Assembly: GCA_963845355.1 (NCBI GenBank)
Contig: CAWJRV010000005.1
Coordinates: 6,196-70,195 of the forward strand
Length of the DNA: 64,000 bases
Direction of reading: 5' to 3'
Source: an uncultured Actinomycetes bacterium
GTDB taxonomy: Bacteria; Actinomycetota; Thermoleophilia; UBA2241
Every line of letters starts with the position of its first letter. Within the stretch, counting starts at the first letter, position 1. Both the position numbers and the translations under genes were made by a program. The notes beneath the pieces are model-generated. The model was given only the letters and a program-made list of their open reading frames with translations. It was not told the DNA's origin and made no database searches. This document shows, one piece after another, positions 11,263-20,191 of this stretch.

Positions 11263-12113
11263 GTACCGTGAGCGCCACCCTGCCCGCCAAGATCGGGGCG
11301 CCGGGGCCGTTTGCCCGCCTGCGCTCCTGGTGGGGCGACGTCTGGGTCATGACCCGGCGCAACCTGATCCACGTGCGTCGCGAGCCGATGCAGCTCTCCG
11401 ACGTCACCATCCAGCCGGTCCTGTTCACCCTCCTGTTCATCTACGTCTTCGGGTCGGCCATGGTCCTTAAAGGCGGCGGCAGCTACAAGGAGTTCGCCCT
11501 TGCCGGCCTGCTGGTCATGAACCTGACGACCTCGACCGTGGGCACGGCCATCGGGCTCAGCATGGACCTGAGCACCGGCGTCATCGACCGGCTGCGCACG
11601 CTGCCCATGTCGCCCACGGCCATTCTGGTGGGGCGCTCGCTGTCGGATCTGCTGGCGGCGGCGCTGTGCACCACGATCGTGGTCCTCACCGGCCTCGCCA
11701 TAGGCTGGCGCGCCGACGCCGGCTTTGCCTCGGTGCTGGCCGGCCTGGGCGTCGCCCTGCTGTTCAGCTACGCGCTGACCTGGGGCAACGCCTGCCTGGG
11801 CATGGCCGTCAAAGGGCCCGAGTCTGCGCAGGGGGTCGTGTTCATCGTCATGTTCCCGCTGGCCTTCGTGTCGAACGTCTTCGTGCCCACCCAGGGCATG
11901 CCGTCCTGGCTTGCCACGATCGCCAACTGGAACCCGGTCAGCGCCGTGGCCTCGGCCTGCCGGACCCTGTGGGGCAACCCCAACCCGTCGGGCATGATCC
12001 AGGCCTGGCCGATGCAGCATCCGGTCACGGCCGCGGTGTGCTGGTCGCTCGTCATCCTGGTCGTGTGCGTGCCGCTCGCCGGACACTTCTACCGGAGCCG
12101 CACGCGCGACTAG
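11259..12113 (+). CDS. DrrB-type ABC-2 permease
   Basis: About six hydrophobic helices, IDRLRTLP, FVSNVFVP, NWNPVS; ATGA overlap with the ATPase gene. Confidence 0.92.
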   Translation: MSTVSATLPAKIGAPGPFARLRSWWGDVWVMTRRNLIHVRREPMQLSDVTIQPVLFTLLFIYVFGSAMVLKGGGSYKEFALAGLLVMNLTTSTVGTAIGLSMDLSTGVIDRLRTLPMSPTAILVGRSLSDLLAAALCTTIVVLTGLAIGWRADAGFASVLAGLGVALLFSYALTWGNACLGMAVKGPESAQGVVFIVMFPLAFVSNVFVPTQGMPSWLATIANWNPVSAVASACRTLWGNPNPSGMIQAWPMQHPVTAAVCWSLVILVVCVPLAGHFYRSRTRD

Positions 12114-12197
12114 GCGACTATCTCAGCGAGGGCGGCGCCGCCCGTTTGCGTCTGCCGGTGCCGCCTTCGGCGCGCCTTGCGCCGCGTAGTAGGCGGC

Positions 12198-13055
12198 TCA
12201 GGCGGCCAGCGTGATGGCGCTCGCGGGGCAGACTCCGACGCACCGGCGGCAACGGATGCACTGCTGGGGGCGCTGGGCTACCGAGTGTCGACCGCTCTGG
12301 TCCCACGAGAAGACGCCGGCGGGGCAGACGTCGAGGCAGCGCCCGCAACCGATGCAGCTTGCCGAGTCGACCGTGACGAGGGCGGCCGTCGCGGTCGAGC
12401 CGGGCGTCGACACAGGGGTGGGGCTCTCCGGCTGACCGCTCGACGCACCGGAGCTCGTGCCGCCCGCGCCTGTCGCCGTGCTCGTGTCGCCCGCGCCGCT
12501 CGCACTGCCCGCGCCGCTCGCACTGCCCGCGCCGCTTGTGCCGCCCGCGCCGGTCGTGCCGCCCGCGCCGCTCGCGGTCACCGCGCCGAGTCGGTCGAGC
12601 AGTCCGCCGCCGAGCAGGATGGCGCCGAGGCCCGCCGCGGCGCCCAGCACGAAGCTGCGCCGCGTGGAGCGCAGAGCGCCGTTTCGGCCCTGACCCTCTG
12701 CGCGACCCTGCGCGGGTGTCGTGGCGGCGGGCCGCTGAGCGACACCGGCCGCGCGGGCGCCGGCGGACGTGTGCGGCGCGACCGGCGCCGGCGCGAAGGT
12801 GCGCCGCGTCATGGTCACGATCCAGCGGTAGTGGAGCGCGGCGTGAACGAACACGCCGGCGACTGCGACGACACCGCTCCAGTTGTGCAGGCGACGCCAG
12901 GTGGCATAGGACACGCCGAGCATGCCGGGGCGGCCGAGTCCGAGCTCGTGGACGGCGCCGGACGGCAGAAGAAAGAGAATGCCGGTCGCGGCGGTGATGA
13001 GGAAGGCGACGGCGATGACCGCGTCGACTCCGAAGTTGAGCTGGGCTCGTTTCAT
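12198..13055 (-). CDS. DUF4405-like two-TM heme-b-type domain, internal twin-arginine TM segment, Gly/Ser/Thr linker and 2x[4Fe-4S] ferredoxin
   Basis: WRRLHNWSG...VHAALHYRW His pattern; STRRSFVLGAAAGLGAILLGGG; CIGCGRCLDVCP and CIRCRRCVGVCP. Start at 13055 or 13061. Confidence 0.8.
   Translation of the reverse strand: MKRAQLNFGVDAVIAVAFLITAATGILFLLPSGAVHELGLGRPGMLGVSYATWRRLHNWSGVVAVAGVFVHAALHYRWIVTMTRRTFAPAPVAPHTSAGARAAGVAQRPAATTPAQGRAEGQGRNGALRSTRRSFVLGAAAGLGAILLGGGLLDRLGAVTASGAGGTTGAGGTSGAGSASGAGSASGAGDTSTATGAGGTSSGASSGQPESPTPVSTPGSTATAALVTVDSASCIGCGRCLDVCPAGVFSWDQSGRHSVAQRPQQCIRCRRCVGVCPASAITLAA
12455..12580 (-). repeat. 18-bp tandem repeats encoding a Gly/Ala/Ser/Thr linker
   Basis: AGGTTG AGGTSG AGSASG AGSASG AGDTST; gcccgcgccgctcgcact repeated. 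Boundaries approximate. Confidence 0.8.
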
Positions 13056-13253
13056 CTTCATCAGCGTAGTGGGCCGGTGCGAAGACGGTGTGAAGAAATG
13101 GGAAGCCGCGCGAAGCTGCTCCGCACGCTCGACCTGGGCCGTCTGGCATGCGGGCCTGCGCGCCCGACCCTGGCCGTCGGGCATGCAGGCGTACCCGCCG
13201 ACCCTATATGCTGGAGCGGTATGCACCGCGCGCCCGACAAACGCTAAAGCGTC

Positions 13254-15389
13254 GTGACCAAGCGACCCCGCACCACGGGCTCCGCCGGGCGCAAGACCGG
13301 TGCCGCCAGGCGCTCGGCGCCCGGCGCGTCGCCGTCGGGCTCCGTGCGCCAGTCCGAGCGGCCCGAGCGACCCGCGCGACCCGCCCCGACTGCCGTCGGC
13401 GCGACGGCCGCGCGGCTCCGGGCGCCCCGCCGAGCCCAGCGCGTGGCCCTCGGCTGCACGCTGGCCGGCACGCTCGTCGCATCGCTGCTCCTCTACGTCG
13501 TCACGCTGGCGCCCACTGTGACCTTCGAAGACAGCGGCGAGCTGATCGCCGCCGCCTACAACCTGGGCGTGCCGCACGAGCCCGGCTACCCGCTGTGGAC
13601 GATGATCGCGCACCTCTTCACGTGGCTGCCGTTCGGCGACGTCGCCTATCGCGTGAACCTGATGTCGGCGGTCTGCACGTCAGTTGCCGCCGCGCTCATC
13701 GCCTGGACGACCCTGCTCGTCATCGATGGCGTGGCGGCCGCCCGCTCCGGCAGGCGCCCGGATGCCTCGACCTGGCTGCCCGGGCTCGAGGGTCCGGCGC
13801 TGTGGCTCGCCTGCGCCGCCGCGCTCGGCGCCGGCGTGCTGGCCGCCACGGCGCACACGACCTGGAGTCAGTCGATCATCACCGAGGTCTACGGACTGAA
13901 CGCCGCCCTGGTCGGGCTGCTCTGCCTGCTCACCGTGGCCTGGACGCGCAGCGCCACTCCCAAGGGCCGCAGGCGCTTCTTCTACGCGATCTGCTTCGTG
14001 CTCGGTCTGGGGCTCACGAGCCACGACACGTTCGTCCTGCTGCTCCCGGTGCTCGCGCTCTACGGCTACCTGATCGACCGCCGCCTGCGCCCGACCTGGC
14101 GCCAGCTCGCGGTGGGCGTCGCGCTGTTCGTCGCCGGCCTTGCGCCCTATCTCTACCTGCCCCTTGCGGCCCGGCGGCGCCCGGTCATGAACTGGGGCGA
14201 CCCCGCTACGCTGACCAACTTCTGGCGGACGATCACCAGGCGCCAGTACATGAGTGGCGGGCATTCGGGACTGACTGCGACCCTGCACGAGCTCGCGACG
14301 TCCGCCGGCATGCTGTGGCACCAGTGGTTCGCGGGGCTTCTTGCCCTGGCGGTCGTCGGGCTCGTCGTGCTCTATCGCCGCCGGCGGCCCTGGTTTTGGT
14401 TCTCGGTCGTGTTCCTTTTGTTCATGGGACCGCTCGTCACGATCGTCACCGACTTTCCGGTGACCACGGCCGAGCCTCTGGTCAACGCCGACAACAGGGC
14501 GCTCGTGTCGGTCTTCTACATCCCGTCGTATCTGATGATCGCCACCCTCATCGGCGTCGGCGGCTGGTCGCTGGCGGCGATCGTCGCCCGGCGGCTGAGG
14601 TCGCCTCGAGTCGTCGTCTTGGTCCTCGCCGCGCTCCTCGTCGCCGTGCCGCTGGCGCTTGCCGGGACCGCGCTCGGCGGCATGACCATGCGCCACTACC
14701 GTTTCGCCGACGCCTATATCCACAACGTCTGGAGCGTGGCCACTCCGCACTCGCTGGTCATGGTCGATCGCGACCAGTTCGGCTTTCCGCTCGTCTACGC
14801 GCAGATGGTCGCCCACGAGCGGCCCGACGTCGTGGTGCTCGACCAGGAGCTCCTGCGGCGGAGCTGGTACCTGCAGGATCTCGCCTACGAGCAGCCCGCG
14901 CTGATCGCCGCCTCGCGACCCCAGGTCGACGCCTTCCTGACGGCGGTGCGGCCCTTCGAGGCCGGCCAGAGCTACGACGGCAATGCCATCGACGCGGCCT
15001 ACTACGCCATGATCAAGTCGTTCGTCGACCATACCGAGGCGGCCGGTCACGACGTCTATTTCACCTACCGGCCCGACCAGCGCATCGTCACGGGGTACAC
15101 GGGCGAGTCGGTCGTCGTGGCTCTGCGCGCCCGCCGCAGCGCTCCGGCCGCCGGCGCGGCGGGGACTGCCGCCTGGCTTTCACCGGTCGACCTCGTCCAG
15201 TTCGACTTCGCGCATCTGACCGACGGCACCGTGCCGCTCGATCGCAACGTCCTCATGGTCCGCAGCTGGTACGGCGAGCTGCTGGCTGCCCGGGCGCAGG
15301 AGCTGGCCAAGGCCGGCGACACCGCTCGGGCGGCGCAGTATGCCGGCCTGTCGCACCAGTTCCTGGCCGGCGGTGACACGGCGCCGTAG
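13254..15389 (+). CDS. DUF2723 / TMEM260-like GT-C membrane glycosyltransferase
   Basis: LAPTVTFEDSGELIAAAYNLGVPHEPGYPLW, RVNLMSA, WSQSIITEVY, YLYLPL and NWGDP motifs; more than 10 TM segments. Confidence 0.85.
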   Translation: MTKRPRTTGSAGRKTGAARRSAPGASPSGSVRQSERPERPARPAPTAVGATAARLRAPRRAQRVALGCTLAGTLVASLLLYVVTLAPTVTFEDSGELIAAAYNLGVPHEPGYPLWTMIAHLFTWLPFGDVAYRVNLMSAVCTSVAAALIAWTTLLVIDGVAAARSGRRPDASTWLPGLEGPALWLACAAALGAGVLAATAHTTWSQSIITEVYGLNAALVGLLCLLTVAWTRSATPKGRRRFFYAICFVLGLGLTSHDTFVLLLPVLALYGYLIDRRLRPTWRQLAVGVALFVAGLAPYLYLPLAARRRPVMNWGDPATLTNFWRTITRRQYMSGGHSGLTATLHELATSAGMLWHQWFAGLLALAVVGLVVLYRRRRPWFWFSVVFLLFMGPLVTIVTDFPVTTAEPLVNADNRALVSVFYIPSYLMIATLIGVGGWSLAAIVARRLRSPRVVVLVLAALLVAVPLALAGTALGGMTMRHYRFADAYIHNVWSVATPHSLVMVDRDQFGFPLVYAQMVAHERPDVVVLDQELLRRSWYLQDLAYEQPALIAASRPQVDAFLTAVRPFEAGQSYDGNAIDAAYYAMIKSFVDHTEAAGHDVYFTYRPDQRIVTGYTGESVVVALRARRSAPAAGAAGTAAWLSPVDLVQFDFAHLTDGTVPLDRNVLMVRSWYGELLAARAQELAKAGDTARAAQYAGLSHQFLAGGDTAP

Positions 15390-15439
15390 GCCGGTGCGGT
15401 CCGCCGCGAAAACGGGCGTTCGCCCGCGCGGCGTCTCAG

Positions 15440-16549
15440 CTAGAGCGCGGCGAGGTGAGTGCGCAGCCGCTCGACCACGTACTCGATCTGCTCGTCGGCG
15501 ATCTCGGGAAACAGCGGCAGGCTGAGCAGGCGCGGAGCCATCGCCTCGGCCACGGGCAGGTCGCCGCGCCGGTAGCCGAGATGGGCGTAGGCCGGCGTCA
15601 GGTGCAGCGGCGTGGGGTAGTGCACGCCGGTGCCGATGCCGTCGTCGTCGAGCTTGTCGCGAATCCGGTCGCGGCGGTCGACCAGGACGACGTAGAGGTG
15701 CCGCGCCGAGACCACGTCGGCGCGCACGGCGATGGGCTTGACGCCGGGCAGCCCGGCCAGCAGCTCGTCGTAGCGCGCCGCGGCGCGCCGCCGGGCCCGG
15801 TTCCAGTCGGACAGGTGCGGCAGCTTGGCCGCAAGAAAGCCCGCCTGCAGGTTGTGCAGCCGGTTGCAGTAGCCCACGGCCGTGTGCACCGACTTGACGC
15901 GCTCGCCGTGGCTGCGCAGCAGCGTGACCGTGTCGAAGGTCTCGCGGGAGCTCGTCGTGACCGCGCCGCCGTCGCCCAGCGCGCCAAGGTTCTTGCCCGG
16001 GTAGAAGCTGAAGGCCGCCGCCGCGCCCAGCGAGCCGCACGGACGCCCCTTGTACGCGGCCCCGTGAGCTTGGCAGGCGTCCTCAACGACGGTCAGATGG
16101 TGACGCGCCGCGATCTCGAGTATCGGGTCGACGTCGGCGGGCTGGCCGTAGAGGTGCACAGGCACGATGGCCCTGGTCTGCCGTGTGATCGAGGCCTCGA
16201 CAACGGCCGGGTCGATGTTGGCCGTGTCCGGCAGGCAGTCGACGAAGACCGGTTTGGCGCCGGTGTGACTGACCGACTCGGCCGTGGCGATGAACGAGTT
16301 GACGGGCACGATGACCTCGTCGCCGGAGCCGACGCCGACGGCCTGGAGAGCCAGGCGCAGAGCGTCCGTCCCGGAGCTCACGCCGGCACAGAAGCGGGTC
16401 CCGCAGAGCTCGGCGAAGGCGGCCTCGAAGGACGTGCACTCTGGGCCCAGGGTGTAGGCGGCCCGCGCGGTGACCGACTCGAAGACCGCGCCGAGCTCGT
16501 CGTGCAGCTCGCGCGCCTGGGCGCGAAGGTCGACGAAGGGTACCTGCAT
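15440..16549 (-). CDS. DegT/DnrJ/EryC1/StrS sugar aminotransferase
   Basis: SGTDAL, EDACQAHGA, FSFYPGKNLGALGDGG (PLP lysine), LSLPLFP. Confidence 0.95.
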   Translation of the reverse strand: MQVPFVDLRAQARELHDELGAVFESVTARAAYTLGPECTSFEAAFAELCGTRFCAGVSSGTDALRLALQAVGVGSGDEVIVPVNSFIATAESVSHTGAKPVFVDCLPDTANIDPAVVEASITRQTRAIVPVHLYGQPADVDPILEIAARHHLTVVEDACQAHGAAYKGRPCGSLGAAAAFSFYPGKNLGALGDGGAVTTSSRETFDTVTLLRSHGERVKSVHTAVGYCNRLHNLQAGFLAAKLPHLSDWNRARRRAAARYDELLAGLPGVKPIAVRADVVSARHLYVVLVDRRDRIRDKLDDDGIGTGVHYPTPLHLTPAYAHLGYRRGDLPVAEAMAPRLLSLPLFPEIADEQIEYVVERLRTHLAAL

Positions 16550-16551
16550 CT

Positions 16552-17748
16552 CTAGCGACCTCCCTCACACTCGCGGCGTTCGGGCCGGCCGGCGGAAGCC
16601 GGCTGGCGGTCGCCTGCCCAGTCGGCGACGACGGCCACGATGCGCTCCGCGGCGTGGCCGTCCCACAGCTCGGGTCGCCGGCCGCGAGGAGGCAGGGGCG
16701 CCGTCAGGATGTCGTCGACGGTGCGTACGATAGCCGCTCCGTCAGAGGGATCGGCGAGGCGATTGGTGCCCTCGCTCACCGTCACCGGACGCTCGGTCGT
16801 CGCGCGCATCGTCACGCAGGGTACACCGAGCACCGTCGTCTCGTCCTGTACACCGCCGGAGTCGGTGAGCACGAGGCGTGCCTCGCCCATCAGCGCCACG
16901 AACTCCGGATACGCCAGGGCGTCGCGGCAGGCGAGGCCCGGCCGATCGATCAGGCGGCGCAAGCGGTCGTCCTCGCGGAAGCGCTCCCGGGTGCGCACGT
17001 GAAGGGGCCAGACGAGCGGCAAGCGCTCGGCGATCTCGGTCAGCGCGGTGACGAGCGCCTCGAGGCGAACGGGATCGTCGACGTTTTCGGGACGGTGCAG
17101 GGTGACGAGCCCGTAGCCGCGCGGTTCGACACCGGCGGCTGCCAAGGCGGCCGCCGAGTCGCCGCCGGCGCGCATGCGCTCGAGCGAGTCGATCATCGTG
17201 TTGCCGACGAAGTGCAGGCGCTCGGCTGCGATGCCCTCGCGGCGCAGATTGCCGGCCGCCTCGCGCTCGGTCGTGAACAGCAACGTGCTCAGCAGGTCGG
17301 TCGCCAGGCGGTTCAACTCCTCCGGCATGGAGCGGTCACCGCTGCGCAGACCGGCCTCGACATGGGCGATGGGGATGTCGAGCTTGGCCGCGCACAGGGC
17401 GGCGGCCAGCGTGGAGTTGACGTCGCCGACCACGACGACGAGGTCCGGGCGCTCCGCCAGAAGGACCGGCTCGAGCCGTCCGAGCACGGCCGCCGTCTGA
17501 CCGGCGTGGGAGCCCGAGCCGACCTCGAGACGGTAGTCGGGCTCGGGCAGGCGGAGGTCGCGAAAGAAGACGGCGCTCATCTGGGCGTCGTAATGCTGGC
17601 CGGTGTGCACCAGCGCCTGCGAGAAGCAGACGGGGCCGGCGCCGCGCGCGTTCCAGGCGTCGACCGCGGCCATCACCGGCGCGACCTTCATGAAGTTCGG
17701 GCGCGCGCCGGCCACGTGCAGCAGACGGACTGTGCGTCGCCCGCTCAC
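16552..17748 (-). CDS. wecB: UDP-N-acetylglucosamine 2-epimerase, non-hydrolysing (WecB/WbpI-like)
   Basis: GARPNFMK, HTGQHYD, GDVNST, HVEAGLRS, MPEELNR and TDSGGVQDE; GTG at 17748 overlaps the upstream stop. Confidence 0.9.
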   Translation of the reverse strand: MSGRRTVRLLHVAGARPNFMKVAPVMAAVDAWNARGAGPVCFSQALVHTGQHYDAQMSAVFFRDLRLPEPDYRLEVGSGSHAGQTAAVLGRLEPVLLAERPDLVVVVGDVNSTLAAALCAAKLDIPIAHVEAGLRSGDRSMPEELNRLATDLLSTLLFTTEREAAGNLRREGIAAERLHFVGNTMIDSLERMRAGGDSAAALAAAGVEPRGYGLVTLHRPENVDDPVRLEALVTALTEIAERLPLVWPLHVRTRERFREDDRLRRLIDRPGLACRDALAYPEFVALMGEARLVLTDSGGVQDETTVLGVPCVTMRATTERPVTVSEGTNRLADPSDGAAIVRTVDDILTAPLPPRGRRPELWDGHAAERIVAVVADWAGDRQPASAGRPERRECEGGR

Positions 17749-18785
17749 GGGTTCGCCAGCTCGAGCAGGTGGTCGACGAACTCCTCGAGAAGATCGCTGC
17801 CGATCGCCGCCACCGGCACCCTTGCGGAGGGCTTGGCGCCCAGTCGCAAGGCATCGACGTCCGCCTCGCACGACAGCAGCGTCAGACGGCCTTCGGCGAC
17901 CAGCGCCCGGTCGACGGCCGCGAGCTTGCCCGCGTAGATCGAGTACGCCGGGGTGCCGAGCACCGCGGCTTCGCGATTCATGCTGCCGCCGGCGCTCACC
18001 ACGGCGTCGGCGCCGGCGACGAGCTGTCGGCCGTCGAGCGCCTTCCCCTGCCAGAGCAGGTCGTCGAACCCTTCTTGCCGCAGCGTCGCGGCCTGCTCGG
18101 GCGTGCGCGCGAACACGAGGGTGCGCACGTCGTCGTCGCGTTGCAGTCGGCGCAGCAGGCGCTCGAAGAGCGGGTTCTCGAAGCGGTGATAGAGCGCCGT
18201 GGCGGCCGGGGGCCGGACGACGATCACGGGACGATCGCCGGCGACGCCGTGGGCCGCCAGATAGCCCGGCTCGGGCGCGAATCCGGCGAGGGCGATGTGC
18301 TCCTTGAGGCCGAGGTAGCGCCACGTCTTCGCCGGCCGCGCACCTTGCGCGCGCAGTCGATCGAGCGGAAACGCGTTGGGCACGGCCACGAGGTCGGCGC
18401 AGCGGAAGGCAAGGTGGTTGGCGGGCTGGAACTCGTAGTCCATGGCAGTCATGACGGGGATGCGAAGCGAGCATCCGGCCGCGGTCTGCGCGTAGGAGTT
18501 GTGGCTCACCGCGAGGGCCGGGCGCGTGCGCGCGGCAAAGCGGCGCAGCTCGCGGACCCTGGCGACCAGGCTGCGTGCCTTGCCGGCCAGGCCGCCGCCG
18601 CCGTGCCTCCCGACGATCTCGGCCCGTATGGCGAACCGCTCGCAGAGCGGGACGGTCTGGGCGAAGTCCCGCGCCGTGACCACGGTCGCGACGTCGCGCC
18701 GGTGCAGCTCGGCGATGACCGGCGCGAAGAACAGCACGTGCGGGGAGTTCGCCAGATCGATCCAGACGGGTCTAGCTCGTGCCAC
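17745..18785 (-). CDS. DUF354-family GT-B-like protein
   Basis: VWIDLANSPHVLFF, TARD, GRHGG and GGSMNREAAVLGTP are typical of DUF354. Confidence 0.85.
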   Translation of the reverse strand: MARARPVWIDLANSPHVLFFAPVIAELHRRDVATVVTARDFAQTVPLCERFAIRAEIVGRHGGGGLAGKARSLVARVRELRRFAARTRPALAVSHNSYAQTAAGCSLRIPVMTAMDYEFQPANHLAFRCADLVAVPNAFPLDRLRAQGARPAKTWRYLGLKEHIALAGFAPEPGYLAAHGVAGDRPVIVVRPPAATALYHRFENPLFERLLRRLQRDDDVRTLVFARTPEQAATLRQEGFDDLLWQGKALDGRQLVAGADAVVSAGGSMNREAAVLGTPAYSIYAGKLAAVDRALVAEGRLTLLSCEADVDALRLGAKPSARVPVAAIGSDLLEEFVDHLLELANP

Positions 18786-18811
18786 GACTCACCTGCTCGT
18801 GTCGTCGAGCA

Positions 18812-19696
18812 TCAAGCGGGCGATCGACGCAGTGTTCCGTAGGCCCGAGTCAGAAGTGGGCTGCGATCGAGATACTCGTCGCGGAACTCGCACAAGAGGC
18901 GTCTCGCCATCACTCGCGGCACCGTGCGGAGGGGAGACCTTGAGCGGCAGGGCGGCACCTTCGCTCGGCTGACCTCGATTCCCACGTGCTCCACGATGCT
19001 GGACAGAGATGCCCACGTCACGTGGCCCAACCCGTTGACCCAGTCCACGAAGTCGGTGAGCGGCTCGTACCCTTCCCTGAGCGCACCCTGGTGGAGCACG
19101 GCGAGAACGGGACGCCCATGGGCGACATCGTCCAGGAAGCCGGCTCTGTCGGCGGGGTGGCGGCGCAGGAACAGCGGCAGGTCTTCATACGCCATCGAGG
19201 CGGGTTGCCTGCGCTCGTCTGCCGGCGGGGCCGAGCAGTCCGTGGCTTCAAGCCTGGAGTTGAAGGCGGCAACGTACCCGCTCTTCTTGAGAGCCCTCAT
19301 GGCCACCGAGGAGAAAAGACCCTGCGGGAACACCATGACGGGGTCATACGGCAGCCCCGTGATCAGCGCATGCTCCTCCATCCGCCAAAGCGCGGTGGCC
19401 GCCAGGGCGTGGAGCTCGGCATAATCTGTTCCGCCGAATTCGCTTTTTGTGTGATTGCAGCCGTGCACGCACAGGGCGTAGTGGTCGGGGTTCGCCGCAA
19501 GCAGCCGGACCGTGCCGGGATCGCTTCTTCTGTAGTTCCACGGAATGAAGGCGATCTCGCTGAAGAACCTGTGGGCGCGCATCTCCCTGAGAAGGGTTGC
19601 GTAGTCCAGGGCCCCGTAGCGCGGCCGCAGGAGCGGATCGTCGATGATCAGGCACGCAAGGATCTCCGTTGGGGCTGCGTGCCGTCCGGCGCTCAC
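18812..19696 (-). CDS. Hypothetical protein, polysaccharide-deacetylase-like
   Basis: LIIDDP, VHGCNHT and VFPQG resemble NodB-type DD / HxxxH / xxPxG motifs; GTGA-coupled to the upstream gene. Confidence 0.6.
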   Translation of the reverse strand: MSAGRHAAPTEILACLIIDDPLLRPRYGALDYATLLREMRAHRFFSEIAFIPWNYRRSDPGTVRLLAANPDHYALCVHGCNHTKSEFGGTDYAELHALAATALWRMEEHALITGLPYDPVMVFPQGLFSSVAMRALKKSGYVAAFNSRLEATDCSAPPADERRQPASMAYEDLPLFLRRHPADRAGFLDDVAHGRPVLAVLHQGALREGYEPLTDFVDWVNGLGHVTWASLSSIVEHVGIEVSRAKVPPCRSRSPLRTVPRVMARRLLCEFRDEYLDRSPLLTRAYGTLRRSPA

Positions 19697-20175
19697 AGCG
19701 GCTGCAGGCCCTTCTTGAACTCCTCATAGTCACCGTGAAGCGTCATCGGCACGGTCACACGCAAGATGGGTTTGGCGGGTGAGCCCCCGACGAAAGTAAA
19801 CGGTGGCACGTCCTGGGTGACCACAGAGGACGCCGCGACAACGGAGCCTTCGCCTATGCGCAGCGTCCTGCCGACCGGCGCAGTGACGACACAGTTCGGC
19901 CCGATCCACGCGTTTCGTTCGACCACGATGCCCCCAGCTCCCCGGAGATGGCACATGAGGATCGAGCGAACGACGATCTGGACACCGTCGTGCAGCTCGA
20001 TGAGCTCCGGGTACTCGTTCTCCAGATAGACCTGATCGCCTATGAACACCGTGCCGTGGATCCTCACGCCGCGCAGCCTATGCAGAAACGGGCGAAGGGC
20101 CGTACACCCAGGAGCGAACTGCGCGGCGATGTGCAGGACTCTATTGGCGGCTCTGCGGGCGAAAGACTTGTGCAT
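19693..20175 (-). CDS. Hexapeptide-repeat (left-handed beta-helix) acyltransferase
   Basis: WIGPNCVV, IGEGSVVAASSVVTQDVPPFTFVGGSPAK. Confidence 0.88.
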   Translation of the reverse strand: MHKSFARRAANRVLHIAAQFAPGCTALRPFLHRLRGVRIHGTVFIGDQVYLENEYPELIELHDGVQIVVRSILMCHLRGAGGIVVERNAWIGPNCVVTAPVGRTLRIGEGSVVAASSVVTQDVPPFTFVGGSPAKPILRVTVPMTLHGDYEEFKKGLQPL

Positions 20176-20191
20176 CGAAACGGTGCGCCCT

